Source: an uncultured Bacillota bacterium
Lineage (GTDB): Bacteria; Bacillota_I; Bacilli_A; Erysipelotrichales; Erysipelotrichaceae
Direction: 5' to 3'
NCBI GenBank assembly: GCA_949298975.1
Contig: CASFYR010000062.1
Location: 8-64,007, forward strand
Length of the DNA stretch: 64,000 nt
Under the pieces are notes generated by a model, which was given only the letters and a program-made list of their open reading frames with translations, was not told where the DNA came from and searched no databases. The number at the start of each line of letters is the position of its first letter. The stretch's first letter is position 1. Positions 19,798-29,131 of this stretch are shown in pieces. The translations under genes were made by a program, and so were the position numbers.

Positions 19798-20345
19798 TTT
19801 ATTTCCTCCAATCTGTTTTTAAAACGAGTATATTTGGAATATGGACTTTGGCGATAATTAAGTCCGAATTCAGCTAAAAGCGAGGCAAAAGCGGTAAAAT
19901 CATCATCGGTCGGATCATTTAATTCGTATTCGATCTCATAATCTTCAATTCCCAGATATAAAGAGCGGTCAAGACACAATTCGCCTTTTGCAAAAGAGCA
20001 GCTGGAGCGTATCGTCGTCATTTCACCCAGATAAAAAGGATCTTCAATATTCAATTCTTTTAGCAGGGCACGAATGGATGGATCGCTGATATCGTTCTCT
20101 TTTATCGGAAATTCATACTCTCTGACCTGACCTTTAATAAAATGCTTAAGAGTAAAAAAGTAATTATCGTCGATCATCCTGATCCGCATCCCCATGTTAG
20201 CTTTGGCCTGGTAGTAATAATTGGTCTGGGTAACCAACCGGTCGCAGGGGATGCTTTGCGTCATAACATAATAGAGCGCTTCATCGATCATCATTTTATA
20301 CTCTTTTTCAATATGATAAGTAGTCATACACTTATTATAATTCAT
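19794..20345 (-). CDS. CYTH-domain (triphosphate tunnel metalloenzyme) protein
   Basis: N-terminal E-x-E-x-K (IEKEYK) and C-terminal EIEYEL motifs. The true start may be the internal Met at 20327. Confidence 0.7.
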   Translation of the reverse strand: MNYNKCMTTYHIEKEYKMMIDEALYYVMTQSIPCDRLVTQTNYYYQAKANMGMRIRMIDDNYFFTLKHFIKGQVREYEFPIKENDISDPSIRALLKELNIEDPFYLGEMTTIRSSCSFAKGELCLDRSLYLGIEDYEIEYELNDPTDDDFTAFASLLAEFGLNYRQSPYSKYTRFKNRLEEIK

Positions 20346-20371
20346 TGGAGCCGTTTGTAGTAAATAAAGAC

Positions 20372-20400
20372 TGGCAAAAGCTATTATGATATGTTAGAAT
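20372..20400 (+). promoter_or_regulatory. Promoter of the riboswitch-permease transcript
   Basis: TGGCAA-N17-TAGAAT with extended TG. Confidence 0.5.
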
Positions 20401-20414
20401 AATCCTATCTTACA

Positions 20415-20481
20415 TATCGTATATACTTTCAGATTTGGTGAAAGCGTTTCTACCCGACCGCCTAACGGTTGGACTACGATA
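20415..20481 (+). promoter_or_regulatory. Purine riboswitch aptamer, guanine/hypoxanthine class (C at the discriminator position)
   Basis: P1 TATCGTA/TACGATA, P2 CTTTCA-GATTTGG-TGAAAG, J2/3 CGTTTCTAC, P3 CCGACC-GCCTAAC-GGTTGG, J3/1 A-C-T. Aligns position-by-position to the B. subtilis xpt aptamer. Confidence 0.92.
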
Positions 20482-20496
20482 GAAATTTTTCATTAT

Positions 20497-20523
20497 CTTC
20501 TGTTTATTTGACAGAAGTTTTTC
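20497..20523 (+). terminator. Riboswitch expression-platform terminator
   Basis: CTTCTGT-ttatttg-ACAGAAG followed by T5, 15 nt after the aptamer. Confidence 0.8.
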
Positions 20524-20558
20524 TGTTTTATAGCGGTATGTCAGATAGAAAGGGAGAT

Positions 20559-21893
20559 ATGATGTTAGAGAAAATTTTTAAGTTGCAGCAAAAGAAGACG
20601 AATGTCAAAACGGAAATGATTGCCGGCCTGACCACCTTCTTGGCAATGGCCTACATTCTGGCAGTTAATCCGCAGATTCTGGGAGATGCCGGCATGGATG
20701 CTCATGGCGTTTTCATGGCTACGGCGATTGCTTCGGCTTTTGCGTCAATATTAATGGGGGTATTGGCTAATTATCCGGTCGCGCTGGCACCGGGAATGGG
20801 GGTAAACGCATTATTCTCTTATACCGTAGTGCTCGGGATGGGTTATTCTTATGCGGCAGCGCTTTGTGCCGTATTCTTATCCGGGCTGGTATTTGTTTTG
20901 ATTTCAGTAACCGGTATCAGAAAGAAAGTCATCAATTCGATCCCGGTTCAGCTCAAACAGGCTATCGGCGCCGGTATCGGTTTCTTTATCGCTTTTATCG
21001 GCTTGAAAAATGCCGGTATCGTTGTGGCCAACGCCTCAACTTTCGTCGGATTGGGTCTATTCAATCAGCCAGCTGTATTGCTGGCGGTATTTGGCATCCT
21101 GGTTACGATCTATCTGACCGCTAAAAAAGTTCCGGCCAGCGTTTTTGTCGGCATGGTCATTACTGCGGCAGCAGGTTTAATCCTTGGTTTGGCCGGTATC
21201 GAAGGAATGCCGATGTTTCCGGCCGATCCGCTCAATACCAGTTTTGATATTGCTTATCTGGGAACATTTGCCGAAGGTTTTGGCGAACTGTTCACTAACC
21301 CGTTAAATGCATTCCTGGTTATCTTCTCCTTCTTGTTTGTCGATTTCTTTGATACTGCCGGTACTTTGGTTGCAGTTGGCAACAGCATCGGCTTAGTTAA
21401 AAAAGACGGAGAATTGGTCGATGCGGAAAAGGCATTATTATCAGATGCAGTCGGTACGGTTGTCGGGGCAGCGCTTGGCACTTCAACGGTTACTTCGTTT
21501 GTTGAGTCAACCAGCGGTGTAGCAGCGGGCGGACGTACCGGTCTTACAGCGGTCGTTACCGGGGTATTATTCATTCTTTCGATCTTTGTATCACCGATCA
21601 TTCTGGCCATGGCTACCAATGCCGTTACCGCACCGGCATTATTCGTTGTCGGTATCTTGATGGCGGCTCAGCTTGGTGGGGTTGATTGGAATGATTTCGC
21701 CTTTACGACGGCCGGTTTTGTTACTATCCTGTCGATGATCCTGTTCTATTCGATTTCAAACGGCATCGCTCTTGGCTTCATTACTTACGGCGTGGCAATG
21801 GTCGCTACCGGCAGAGCTAAGGATGTATCACCGATCATTTGGGGATTGGATGTAATTTTTATTGTTTATTTTTGGTCGCTGACCGTCTTATAA
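20559..21893 (+). CDS. NCS2-family purine (guanine/hypoxanthine) permease, PbuG/PbuO-like
   Basis: MMLEKIFKLQQKKTNVKTEMIAGLTTFLAMAYILAVNP N-terminus typical of AzgA-type permeases. AGGGAG SD. The ORF-track start 20469 runs through the riboswitch (ATG 20562 is an alternative). Confidence 0.9.
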   Translation: MMLEKIFKLQQKKTNVKTEMIAGLTTFLAMAYILAVNPQILGDAGMDAHGVFMATAIASAFASILMGVLANYPVALAPGMGVNALFSYTVVLGMGYSYAAALCAVFLSGLVFVLISVTGIRKKVINSIPVQLKQAIGAGIGFFIAFIGLKNAGIVVANASTFVGLGLFNQPAVLLAVFGILVTIYLTAKKVPASVFVGMVITAAAGLILGLAGIEGMPMFPADPLNTSFDIAYLGTFAEGFGELFTNPLNAFLVIFSFLFVDFFDTAGTLVAVGNSIGLVKKDGELVDAEKALLSDAVGTVVGAALGTSTVTSFVESTSGVAAGGRTGLTAVVTGVLFILSIFVSPIILAMATNAVTAPALFVVGILMAAQLGGVDWNDFAFTTAGFVTILSMILFYSISNGIALGFITYGVAMVATGRAKDVSPIIWGLDVIFIVYFWSLTVL

Positions 21894-21903
21894 TCATAGA
21901 ATC

Positions 21904-21931
21904 ATACCCTGTGGCTGTCACAGGGTATTTT
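21904..21931 (+). terminator. Intrinsic terminator after the permease
   Basis: ATACCCTGTG-gctgt-CACAGGGTAT followed by TTT. Confidence 0.75.
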
Positions 21932-22000
21932 CATAAGATATATGTGGCAATAAATTGGGATTAATTAACTTATGATGATATAATCATAAAGGTAATGTTT

Positions 22001-23431
22001 ATGAAAAAGAAAAGATTTAAATTTGACCTCAATATGGTCAATATTGTACTTTTGGTGCTGTTGCTGATCTCAATGATTGCCTTTGGAGCACAGCTATTTA
22101 CCAAATTGCCTTTGGAATTGTTGCTGGTCATAATACTAGTCTTTTTGCTTATCTGTGTTTTGCTCAGACTTTTGGCAATTCGCAAGAATCCGACCGTAAA
22201 GAAGACTGCAGTCGTTTTGACCTTGATCATGCTTGTGATCTTCAACTTCGGCAATTATTATGTTTTAAGAACAAATATGGCTTTAGGAACGATCGGCGGT
22301 GCTAATGTTGATATTATCGAATATAGTTTGGTCGTTAAAAATGATTCACCGATCCAAACGGTTGAAGATATCGCCAGTGACAGCAAGTTTGAAATACTGG
22401 AATTAGGTGATACCGAATTTAATCAGGACGCTGTCAATAAGGTTGGTGAAGAGATCGGCGCTACGGTTGATCCGCTGAAGACGGCTTCATTTGAAAAAGC
22501 CTATAATAACCTGATGGATGGTGAAAGCGACGTCCTGATCTTAAACGAAGGCTTACGGCCAATGTTTTCGGAAAATGATTTAGATCTTGACAATAATACC
22601 AGGGTGATAACTAAATATCAGTTTGAAAGAGAACGGAATACGACCAGCGATATTACCGATATTACCAAGGAATCGTTTATCGTTTACATCAGCGGCATTG
22701 ATATCTATGGATCGATATCGTTGGTTTCCCGCAGCGATGTCAACAAGCTCATGGCCGTTAATCCTAATACTAAGGAAATATTGCTTATCGATATTCCAAG
22801 AGACTACTATATCGAGCAGACCTGTCAGGGCAATCAGCTAGATAAACTGACTCATACCGGCATCTTTGGCGTCGACTGCACGGTTGATTCGGTCGGTAAT
22901 TTCTTTGATATCGATATTAATTACTATGCCAGAGTCAACTTTTCATCGCTGATCAATATTGTCGACGCTTTGGGCGGCATCGAAGTCAATTCCGAATATG
23001 CTTTCTGCAGCGGCCAGTATTGCTATGACAAAGGTATCAATTATCTAAACGGCGATGAAGCGCTGATGTTCTCGCGGGAGCGTTATTCACTGCCAAACGG
23101 CGATAATGACCGGATCAAAAACCAGACCAGAGTTCTGGAGGGCATTATAAAGAAAGCTACCAGCCCGGCGATCCTGACCAATTATCTAAGTTTTATGGAT
23201 GTTCTGTCAAAGAGCGTCGAAACCAATATGTCATCATCTGACATTGATAAACTGATCCAAATGCAGCTGAAAGATATGTCCGGCTGGAAAATATCGTCAT
23301 ATTCGGTAACGGGAACCGGTGCTACGGAATATTCGCCGGCCAATGGCTTTAATTCCTATGTCATGTGGCCGAATGATACCAGTGTGGCGGAAGCCCGCAG
23401 CATGCTGACAGAAATGATGTTTAAAAAGTAG
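22001..23431 (+). CDS. LytR-CpsA-Psr (LCP) family cell-wall polymer transferase
   Basis: N-terminal TM segments and an LCP core (LIDIPRDYY, FSRERYSLPNGDNDRIKNQ). ATG 22001 has an AAAGGT SD at 7 nt (21995 is an alternative). Confidence 0.85.
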   Translation: MKKKRFKFDLNMVNIVLLVLLLISMIAFGAQLFTKLPLELLLVIILVFLLICVLLRLLAIRKNPTVKKTAVVLTLIMLVIFNFGNYYVLRTNMALGTIGGANVDIIEYSLVVKNDSPIQTVEDIASDSKFEILELGDTEFNQDAVNKVGEEIGATVDPLKTASFEKAYNNLMDGESDVLILNEGLRPMFSENDLDLDNNTRVITKYQFERERNTTSDITDITKESFIVYISGIDIYGSISLVSRSDVNKLMAVNPNTKEILLIDIPRDYYIEQTCQGNQLDKLTHTGIFGVDCTVDSVGNFFDIDINYYARVNFSSLINIVDALGGIEVNSEYAFCSGQYCYDKGINYLNGDEALMFSRERYSLPNGDNDRIKNQTRVLEGIIKKATSPAILTNYLSFMDVLSKSVETNMSSSDIDKLIQMQLKDMSGWKISSYSVTGTGATEYSPANGFNSYVMWPNDTSVAEARSMLTEMMFKK

Positions 23432-23523
23432 TTGATAAAATTTCAAGGCAGGCTCCGGTCTGCCTTTAATAATGAGGATGATCCGTCTCAATAATAAACC
23501 CCGGTATTAATCCGAGGCTTATT

Positions 23524-24051
23524 TTAATCATAGATAATGTAATTATTTTTTCTGGCTTTTGCTTTAGGATAATCGCCGTCAGCATAACCGAGAATACAGA
23601 TGCCGATACCTTCATAATCGGTGCTTAAACCCCATTTCGCAAGGTATTCTTTACCCTTAACGGTTTTAAACATTTCTTTAGCCCGGTTGATCCAGCAGGA
23701 ACCGACGCCCAGACTGTATGCCGCTATCATCAGATTGCCCATTACGAGCGCTCCGTCATCTTCATAGGGACCGATATTAGTATCGGCTAAAACGACAATA
23801 AGTTCTGGGGCGCCATAGAACGGATCGTTGCTTGCGCCCATAACTTCAGCATTCATGCGTGACAGATCGTTAATAACCGAAGGATCTTTAACGACAACCA
23901 TAACCGGTGATTGCAGGCCTTTGGCCGTTGGCGCATAAGTTCCGGCTTCTAAGATCATTTCCAGTTTTTCATCTTCGATCAGTCCCGGTTTATAACTGCG
24001 GATCGAACGGCGGTTTTTCAAAGCTTCTAATACAGCGTTTGACATAATCAT
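23524..24051 (-). CDS. Nitroreductase-family protein
   Basis: RRSIRSY FMN-binding motif near the N-terminus. 175 aa. Confidence 0.85.
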   Translation of the reverse strand: MIMSNAVLEALKNRRSIRSYKPGLIEDEKLEMILEAGTYAPTAKGLQSPVMVVVKDPSVINDLSRMNAEVMGASNDPFYGAPELIVVLADTNIGPYEDDGALVMGNLMIAAYSLGVGSCWINRAKEMFKTVKGKEYLAKWGLSTDYEGIGICILGYADGDYPKAKARKNNYIIYD

Positions 24052-24066
24052 ACCTCCTTGTATTAA

Positions 24067-25137
24067 TTATAAAACTTTTTGGTAGTAATGCTCCAAATCC
24101 TTGACATTCTGAATGACATCAAACCCCTTTTCTTTAATGGTCAAACTCTCATCCTTGCGGATATAGTCAAGTCTTTCAAGACAGGCATTGGCCCAGATAT
24201 CGGGATCATCGATCGGTAAAAAGACAAAATTCCCGGTCATGGCGGTCTTTTGGTCGATCGTATCAGACGCCAAACAGAACACTCCGGTTGCCTGAGCTTC
24301 CACTAAAGCGTAGGGCAGACCTTCAAAAAGCGAAGGCATCATGACAAAATCCAAAGCCGAAAGGATGGCGTTAACATCCTGCCGGATACCTAAAAAATGA
24401 ACGTGGTCTTCGATTTTCAGCGTTTCGGCCTGTTTTTGCAAGTTCTCTTTTAGTTCCCCGTCACCGATCAGCAGCAAAACGGCGTCTTTTCTTTTTTGCG
24501 CGATTTTAACAAATACCTTTAAAAGGAAGCTGTGATTCTTCTGAAAATTAAGCCGGCCGATCGCTCCGATTACCAGTTTATCCTCAATATTCATCGCTTT
24601 GCGGATATTGTTCCGTAAGACAGGGTCGTAATGAAAAATCGTAGTATCAATACCGTTATTGATGATAGTATACGGATGTTTGCCATATAAAAAATCACCG
24701 GCTTCTTTAGAACAGGCTAAAAGATTAAAGGTTAAGTGCGGAGTTATCCTTTTAAGCTGGTTTTCTAAAAAATCAATTACCCGATTATTGATGAAATTAC
24801 GGCTGCCATGGCTGTGAGATATCAGGATCTTGATGCCCAGCATTCTAAAATAGGGCAGAATGAGGGCGTTTAAAGCGTTCATGTGGGCATGGACGATGTC
24901 ATAGTCGGCTCTTTTGATTTCCCGCGACATCTTGAGTAATGTAAAAAGATTAATGGCGTAGATCTTTGAACCATAGGATCGTACTTCATCGTCATACGCA
25001 CCGGGTTTACAGCCGAAGACCACAAAATCGATCTGATAAGCTGATTTGTTAATATGACGCAAAACATTCATCATAAAACTTTCAGTTCCGGCTTTCTCCA
25101 GCGTACCGCCATGAATGAAAAGAATCTTTTTTGGCAT
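24067..25137 (-). CDS. Glycosyltransferase family 1 (GT4-type)
   Basis: C-terminal E-x7-E-like region (PSLFEGLPYALVEAQATG) and GT-B architecture. 356 aa. Confidence 0.8.
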   Translation of the reverse strand: MPKKILFIHGGTLEKAGTESFMMNVLRHINKSAYQIDFVVFGCKPGAYDDEVRSYGSKIYAINLFTLLKMSREIKRADYDIVHAHMNALNALILPYFRMLGIKILISHSHGSRNFINNRVIDFLENQLKRITPHLTFNLLACSKEAGDFLYGKHPYTIINNGIDTTIFHYDPVLRNNIRKAMNIEDKLVIGAIGRLNFQKNHSFLLKVFVKIAQKRKDAVLLLIGDGELKENLQKQAETLKIEDHVHFLGIRQDVNAILSALDFVMMPSLFEGLPYALVEAQATGVFCLASDTIDQKTAMTGNFVFLPIDDPDIWANACLERLDYIRKDESLTIKEKGFDVIQNVKDLEHYYQKVL

Positions 25138-25178
25138 ATAGGTAATTATATCATAGGAAATATTGTTATAATAGCACT

Positions 25179-25973
25179 ATGAAGTTAGTGATAAGTGATT
25201 TAGACGGCACTTTGTTAAATGACCGCAAAGAATTGCCGCCGGAGCTGTTTTCCGTGATGGAACAATTAAAAAACCGAGGTGTACGTTTTGGGATCGCCAG
25301 TGGCCGGCAGTACCATAATATTGCCAGCCGGTTTACTGGTCATCTTGATGACCTGCTCATCATGGCCGAGAACGGATCATTGGTAAAGATCAATGGGCAG
25401 CTGCTCATCAAACATTCGATCGCTAACGATTTAGTGCGTCAGATTGCTGAAAGAGCACAGAAATACGCCGGCTTTATCGTCGGTTTATCCGGCTTTGATC
25501 ACTCTTATATTTTATCGCATGATGAAGATGATATCGCTCATTTCCGGCAGTATTATCAGGAGTACAAGTTGATCGAAAGCGTTGATGAGATCTTTCAGGA
25601 AGAAGAATGCATCAAGGTGGCAATATTTGATAAAAAGCATGAGGCTTTCGCTAATTATAAATTGTTTGAAGACCTGAAAGATGAATTGGCAATCGTCGTT
25701 TCCAGCGAGGAATGGATCGATTTCAATGCCAAAGGAACTTCAAAAGGAGCCGCCCTAAAAGAAATCAAACAACAGTATCACCTAAGCGATAAAGATGTCG
25801 TTGTGTTTGGCGACTTTGATAATGATATCAGTATTCTTCAGGAAGCATATTACAGTTATGCAATGACCAATGCCAGTCAGGGCGCTAAAGAAGCGGCTAA
25901 TTTTATTTGCCCGGGCAATAACAATAACGGCGTGATCAAGACTTTATGTGACTTATTCTCGCTTACGGTCTAG
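25179..25973 (+). CDS. HAD-superfamily hydrolase, Cof-type (IIB) phosphatase
   Basis: LVISDLDGTLL motif I and FGDFDND motif IV. TGtTATAAT ends 6 nt before the ATG (leaderless candidate). Confidence 0.8.
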   Translation: MKLVISDLDGTLLNDRKELPPELFSVMEQLKNRGVRFGIASGRQYHNIASRFTGHLDDLLIMAENGSLVKINGQLLIKHSIANDLVRQIAERAQKYAGFIVGLSGFDHSYILSHDEDDIAHFRQYYQEYKLIESVDEIFQEEECIKVAIFDKKHEAFANYKLFEDLKDELAIVVSSEEWIDFNAKGTSKGAALKEIKQQYHLSDKDVVVFGDFDNDISILQEAYYSYAMTNASQGAKEAANFICPGNNNNGVIKTLCDLFSLTV

Positions 25974-27551
25974 TCCGGCTTTGATCAGCCCCTTAAAAAG
26001 CGGATGAGGTCTGTCTGGGCGGGATTTGAATTCCGGATGAGCCTGGGTAGCAATGAAAAAAGGATGGTCTTCAAGTTCGATCATTTCAACGATCCTTTCA
26101 TCAAGCGAAAGTCCGGAGAGGACGACGCCATGATCTGTTAAGACATCCCGATAATCGTTATTGACCTCATAGCGATGGCGGTGTCTTTCCATGATAACTT
26201 TTTCACCATACAACCGCATAGCCAAAGTGTTGTCTTTGATTTTGCAGGCATAAGCGCCCAGCCGAAGGGTTCCGCCAATATTGCCGTTTTGCTGCTGGTC
26301 GGGCATCAGGGCGATGATCGGATCGGGAGTGTCAGGGTCAAATTCGCTTGAATTGGCTTGACCCAAACCTAAAACATTGCGGGCGATCTCAACCAAAGAC
26401 AGCTGCATGCCAAGACAGATTCCTAAAAACGGGATCTTTTTTTGTCGGGCATAAGCGATAGCTTTGATCTTGCCTTCTATCCCTCGATGACCAAAGCCGC
26501 CCGGGACGATGATGGCGTCGATATCCTGATAAACCTTGTCAGGATTAATGTTCCTTTCAAGTTCTTCCGCATTGACCCAGACGATCTTCGGTTCTGCCTG
26601 ATAATAGTAAGCGGCATGTTTTACAGCTTCATTTAGCGACAGATAAGCGTCGTGTAAGTCAATATATTTACCGGTAACGGCAATTCTTATCTGTTTAGTG
26701 CAGGAATGCATGTTGGCGATCATATTCGCCCATTGATGATGATCAGCTTTTGGAGCGTCAAGGCGCAGTTTGTTTAATACCAGTTCGCTGAAACCCTCTT
26801 TTTCCAAGGCCAACGGCACTTCATATATTGAAGGCAAGTCGATATTTTCAATGACGCAGGATGGATCAAGGTTGCTGAAAAGAGCGATCTTGTCTTTAAC
26901 TTCCTGTCTGATCTTAATGTCGCTGCGGCAAATGATAATATCGGGCATCAGACCCATACCCATCATCGTTCTGATCGTCATCTGCGTCGGCTTGCTTTTG
27001 TGTTCTTTGGAAGCATTGAGATACGGTACCAGCGTCACTAACAGCACACAGCAGTTTTCTTTGCCTTTTTCGAGTATAAACTGCCGGATTGCTTCGATAA
27101 ACGGCCCGGACTCAATATCGCCGACAGTACCGCCGATTTCAATGATCGCTATGTTGACGTCGTCCTTTTGATAGAAACGGTCTTTGATCTCACTTATCAC
27201 ATGGGGAACGACCTGTACCGTCTTGCCGTGATAATCGCCGTGTCTTTCTTTTTTCAAGATTGCATCGTAGATCCTGCCGGTTGTAATATTGGCGGTCTTG
27301 CCGAGATTTTCGTCGATGAACCGTTCATAATGCCCCAGATCCAGATCGGTCTCCAGCCCGTCTTCTGTCACAAATACTTCACCATGTTCGATCGGATTCA
27401 GTGTTCCGGGATCGACATTTAGATAAGGGTCGAATTTCTGCATCGTAACTTTAAGACCGCGATCCTTCAAAAGCCGTCCCAGCGAAGCGCCGCTGATTCC
27501 TTTGCCAAGCCCGGAAACAACCCCGCCAATCACAAAAACATATTTAACCAT
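25953..27551 (-). CDS. pyrG: CTP synthase
   Basis: N-terminal KYVFVIGGVVSGLGKG and the glutamine amidotransferase GICLGMQ motif. 532 aa. AGGAGG SD. Confidence 0.97.
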   Translation of the reverse strand: MVKYVFVIGGVVSGLGKGISGASLGRLLKDRGLKVTMQKFDPYLNVDPGTLNPIEHGEVFVTEDGLETDLDLGHYERFIDENLGKTANITTGRIYDAILKKERHGDYHGKTVQVVPHVISEIKDRFYQKDDVNIAIIEIGGTVGDIESGPFIEAIRQFILEKGKENCCVLLVTLVPYLNASKEHKSKPTQMTIRTMMGMGLMPDIIICRSDIKIRQEVKDKIALFSNLDPSCVIENIDLPSIYEVPLALEKEGFSELVLNKLRLDAPKADHHQWANMIANMHSCTKQIRIAVTGKYIDLHDAYLSLNEAVKHAAYYYQAEPKIVWVNAEELERNINPDKVYQDIDAIIVPGGFGHRGIEGKIKAIAYARQKKIPFLGICLGMQLSLVEIARNVLGLGQANSSEFDPDTPDPIIALMPDQQQNGNIGGTLRLGAYACKIKDNTLAMRLYGEKVIMERHRHRYEVNNDYRDVLTDHGVVLSGLSLDERIVEMIELEDHPFFIATQAHPEFKSRPDRPHPLFKGLIKAGLDRKRE

Positions 27552-27737
27552 TGATTTCCTCCTTCAATAAAAAAGAGGGTAAAACCCCTTATACGACAAT
27601 AATCATATAAGCTGGTCCTATCCTCTTGCTAAACAACATACTAATAAATATATTACATTTACAAAAAATAATCTACAACAAAATGATATCGTTATAAACT
27701 AATTGTGTTAGAATATTAGTGTTTAAGGAGCAGATCT

Positions 27738-28577
27738 ATGAATCAAGTAATATTAGTAATATTAATTGCCGTTATGGCTTATATGATATTTATGAACGTC
27801 AAACTGATGCGTAAAAATAAAAACATGAAAAGGTATTTTGTTTGCACTGACGCTATTTTAAACGGCGACAGCAATGCCAATGAGGTCATCAGTGATTTTA
27901 TTTATAACGAAACCAGCGATGAGCTCAAAAACAAGGCACGGGTCTTAAAAATGATCGCTGAACTCGATCAGGGAATCGATGCCCTTGATACTTTGTCGCT
28001 CTTATCTTATGATGATATTATTTTGACCAACGGTCAGTTGGATAAAAAGAAGTTTGAATTCAATTCCGATAGTTTTTTCTGGACGATCAACGTAATCATC
28101 AAGGCTTATGATCATGAACAAAAAGAGGTTGCCGAAGCAATCAAAGAAAAATTAGCCGCTTATGAGGAATATCCGCTGTTTAAAAATGATGTCGTTGTCC
28201 GTCTGATTTATGAGACAGACAAGGCAATGAGCGGTTATGGTGATAAAGGCATCACTTTTTTTGAAAAACTGTTAAGCGGCGAGTATTCCGAATATACTTA
28301 TGATAAACGAATGATCGGTTTTTATAAGAATGTGGCCGCAGCGATGATGGCTTATCTTAAACAGCCGCTTAGTGAAGATGACGTTGAGTTGATCAAAGCT
28401 TTTGCCAGAATGAAAGCCGGTAAGGTCATGCTTGGTGAACTGGGGCTTTACAGCACTTATCTTGAAGATGACGAAAACGGTACTGACGAGCATCTTGACG
28501 ATTATCTGGCGCAAGATGAGGTCATCGACGCCGATGTTAAAATAAAGGACAGCGAGGATAAAGAAGAAGACCAATGA
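27738..28577 (+). CDS. Hypothetical membrane-anchored protein with an acidic C-terminal tail
   Basis: 279-aa ORF with one N-terminal TM and a D/E-rich tail. Stop overlaps the pth start (ATGA). No recognisable motif. Confidence 0.4.
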   Translation: MNQVILVILIAVMAYMIFMNVKLMRKNKNMKRYFVCTDAILNGDSNANEVISDFIYNETSDELKNKARVLKMIAELDQGIDALDTLSLLSYDDIILTNGQLDKKKFEFNSDSFFWTINVIIKAYDHEQKEVAEAIKEKLAAYEEYPLFKNDVVVRLIYETDKAMSGYGDKGITFFEKLLSGEYSEYTYDKRMIGFYKNVAAAMMAYLKQPLSEDDVELIKAFARMKAGKVMLGELGLYSTYLEDDENGTDEHLDDYLAQDEVIDADVKIKDSEDKEEDQ

Positions 28578-29131
28578 GAATGATCGTCGGTTTAGGAAAT
28601 CCGGGCAGACAATATGAAAAGACCAGACATAACGCTGGTTTTTTAGTCATTGATGAACTGTTGCGCCGTTTGCATATCGAATTGAAAGACAACAAGTTTA
28701 AAGGACATTATACGATCTATAATCATCGCGGCGAAAAGATCCTGCTTTTAAAACCGGAAACATTCATGAATCTCAGCGGCGAAGCGGTGCTGGCGCTTAA
28801 AAATTATTATGATATTGCGACCGAAGATATTATTGTGATTCATGACGATATGGATTTGCCTTTAGGCAAGATCAGGATCAGAGAAAAAGGGTCAGCCGGC
28901 GGTCAGAAAGGAATGGGCAATATTATCGATCTGCTTAAAACTGACAGGATCAAACGGATCCGGATCGGCATTGCCCATGATCGCAGCATTGATACCAAAG
29001 ATTATGTTTTAGGCAGGTTTGCCAAAGAAGAACTACCGGTAATGGAAGCAGCATTTGCCAAAGCCGCCGAAGCGCTGGAGTTTAGTTTTGATAATGCCTT
29101 CAGTATGGTAATGAACAGGTATAATCAATGA
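28574..29131 (+). CDS. pth: Peptidyl-tRNA hydrolase
   Basis: MIVGLGNPG...TRHNAGF N-terminal signature. 185 aa. Confidence 0.95.
   Translation: MRMIVGLGNPGRQYEKTRHNAGFLVIDELLRRLHIELKDNKFKGHYTIYNHRGEKILLLKPETFMNLSGEAVLALKNYYDIATEDIIVIHDDMDLPLGKIRIREKGSAGGQKGMGNIIDLLKTDRIKRIRIGIAHDRSIDTKDYVLGRFAKEELPVMEAAFAKAAEALEFSFDNAFSMVMNRYNQ

Noticed and set aside
20469-20558. N-terminal 30 codons of the 474-aa permease ORF
   Set aside because: This stretch covers the end of the guanine riboswitch aptamer and the terminator. The real start is at 20559/20562 after an SD.
21254-21619. 121-aa minus-strand ORF and similar antisense or alternate-frame ORFs inside secA, groEL, metG, mfd, pyrG, mgtA and others
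   Set aside because: All are embedded in strongly supported genes, lack SDs and have compositionally biased translations (Ser/Pro/Ala- or Ile/Phe-rich mirror frames).
27552-27640. pyrG reiterative-transcription attenuator (as in B. subtilis)
   Set aside because: The minus-strand leader has AAGGGG-tttta-CCCTC followed by T6. The stem is only 3-4 bp, and I see no GGGC-type initiating sequence, so the evidence is insufficient.
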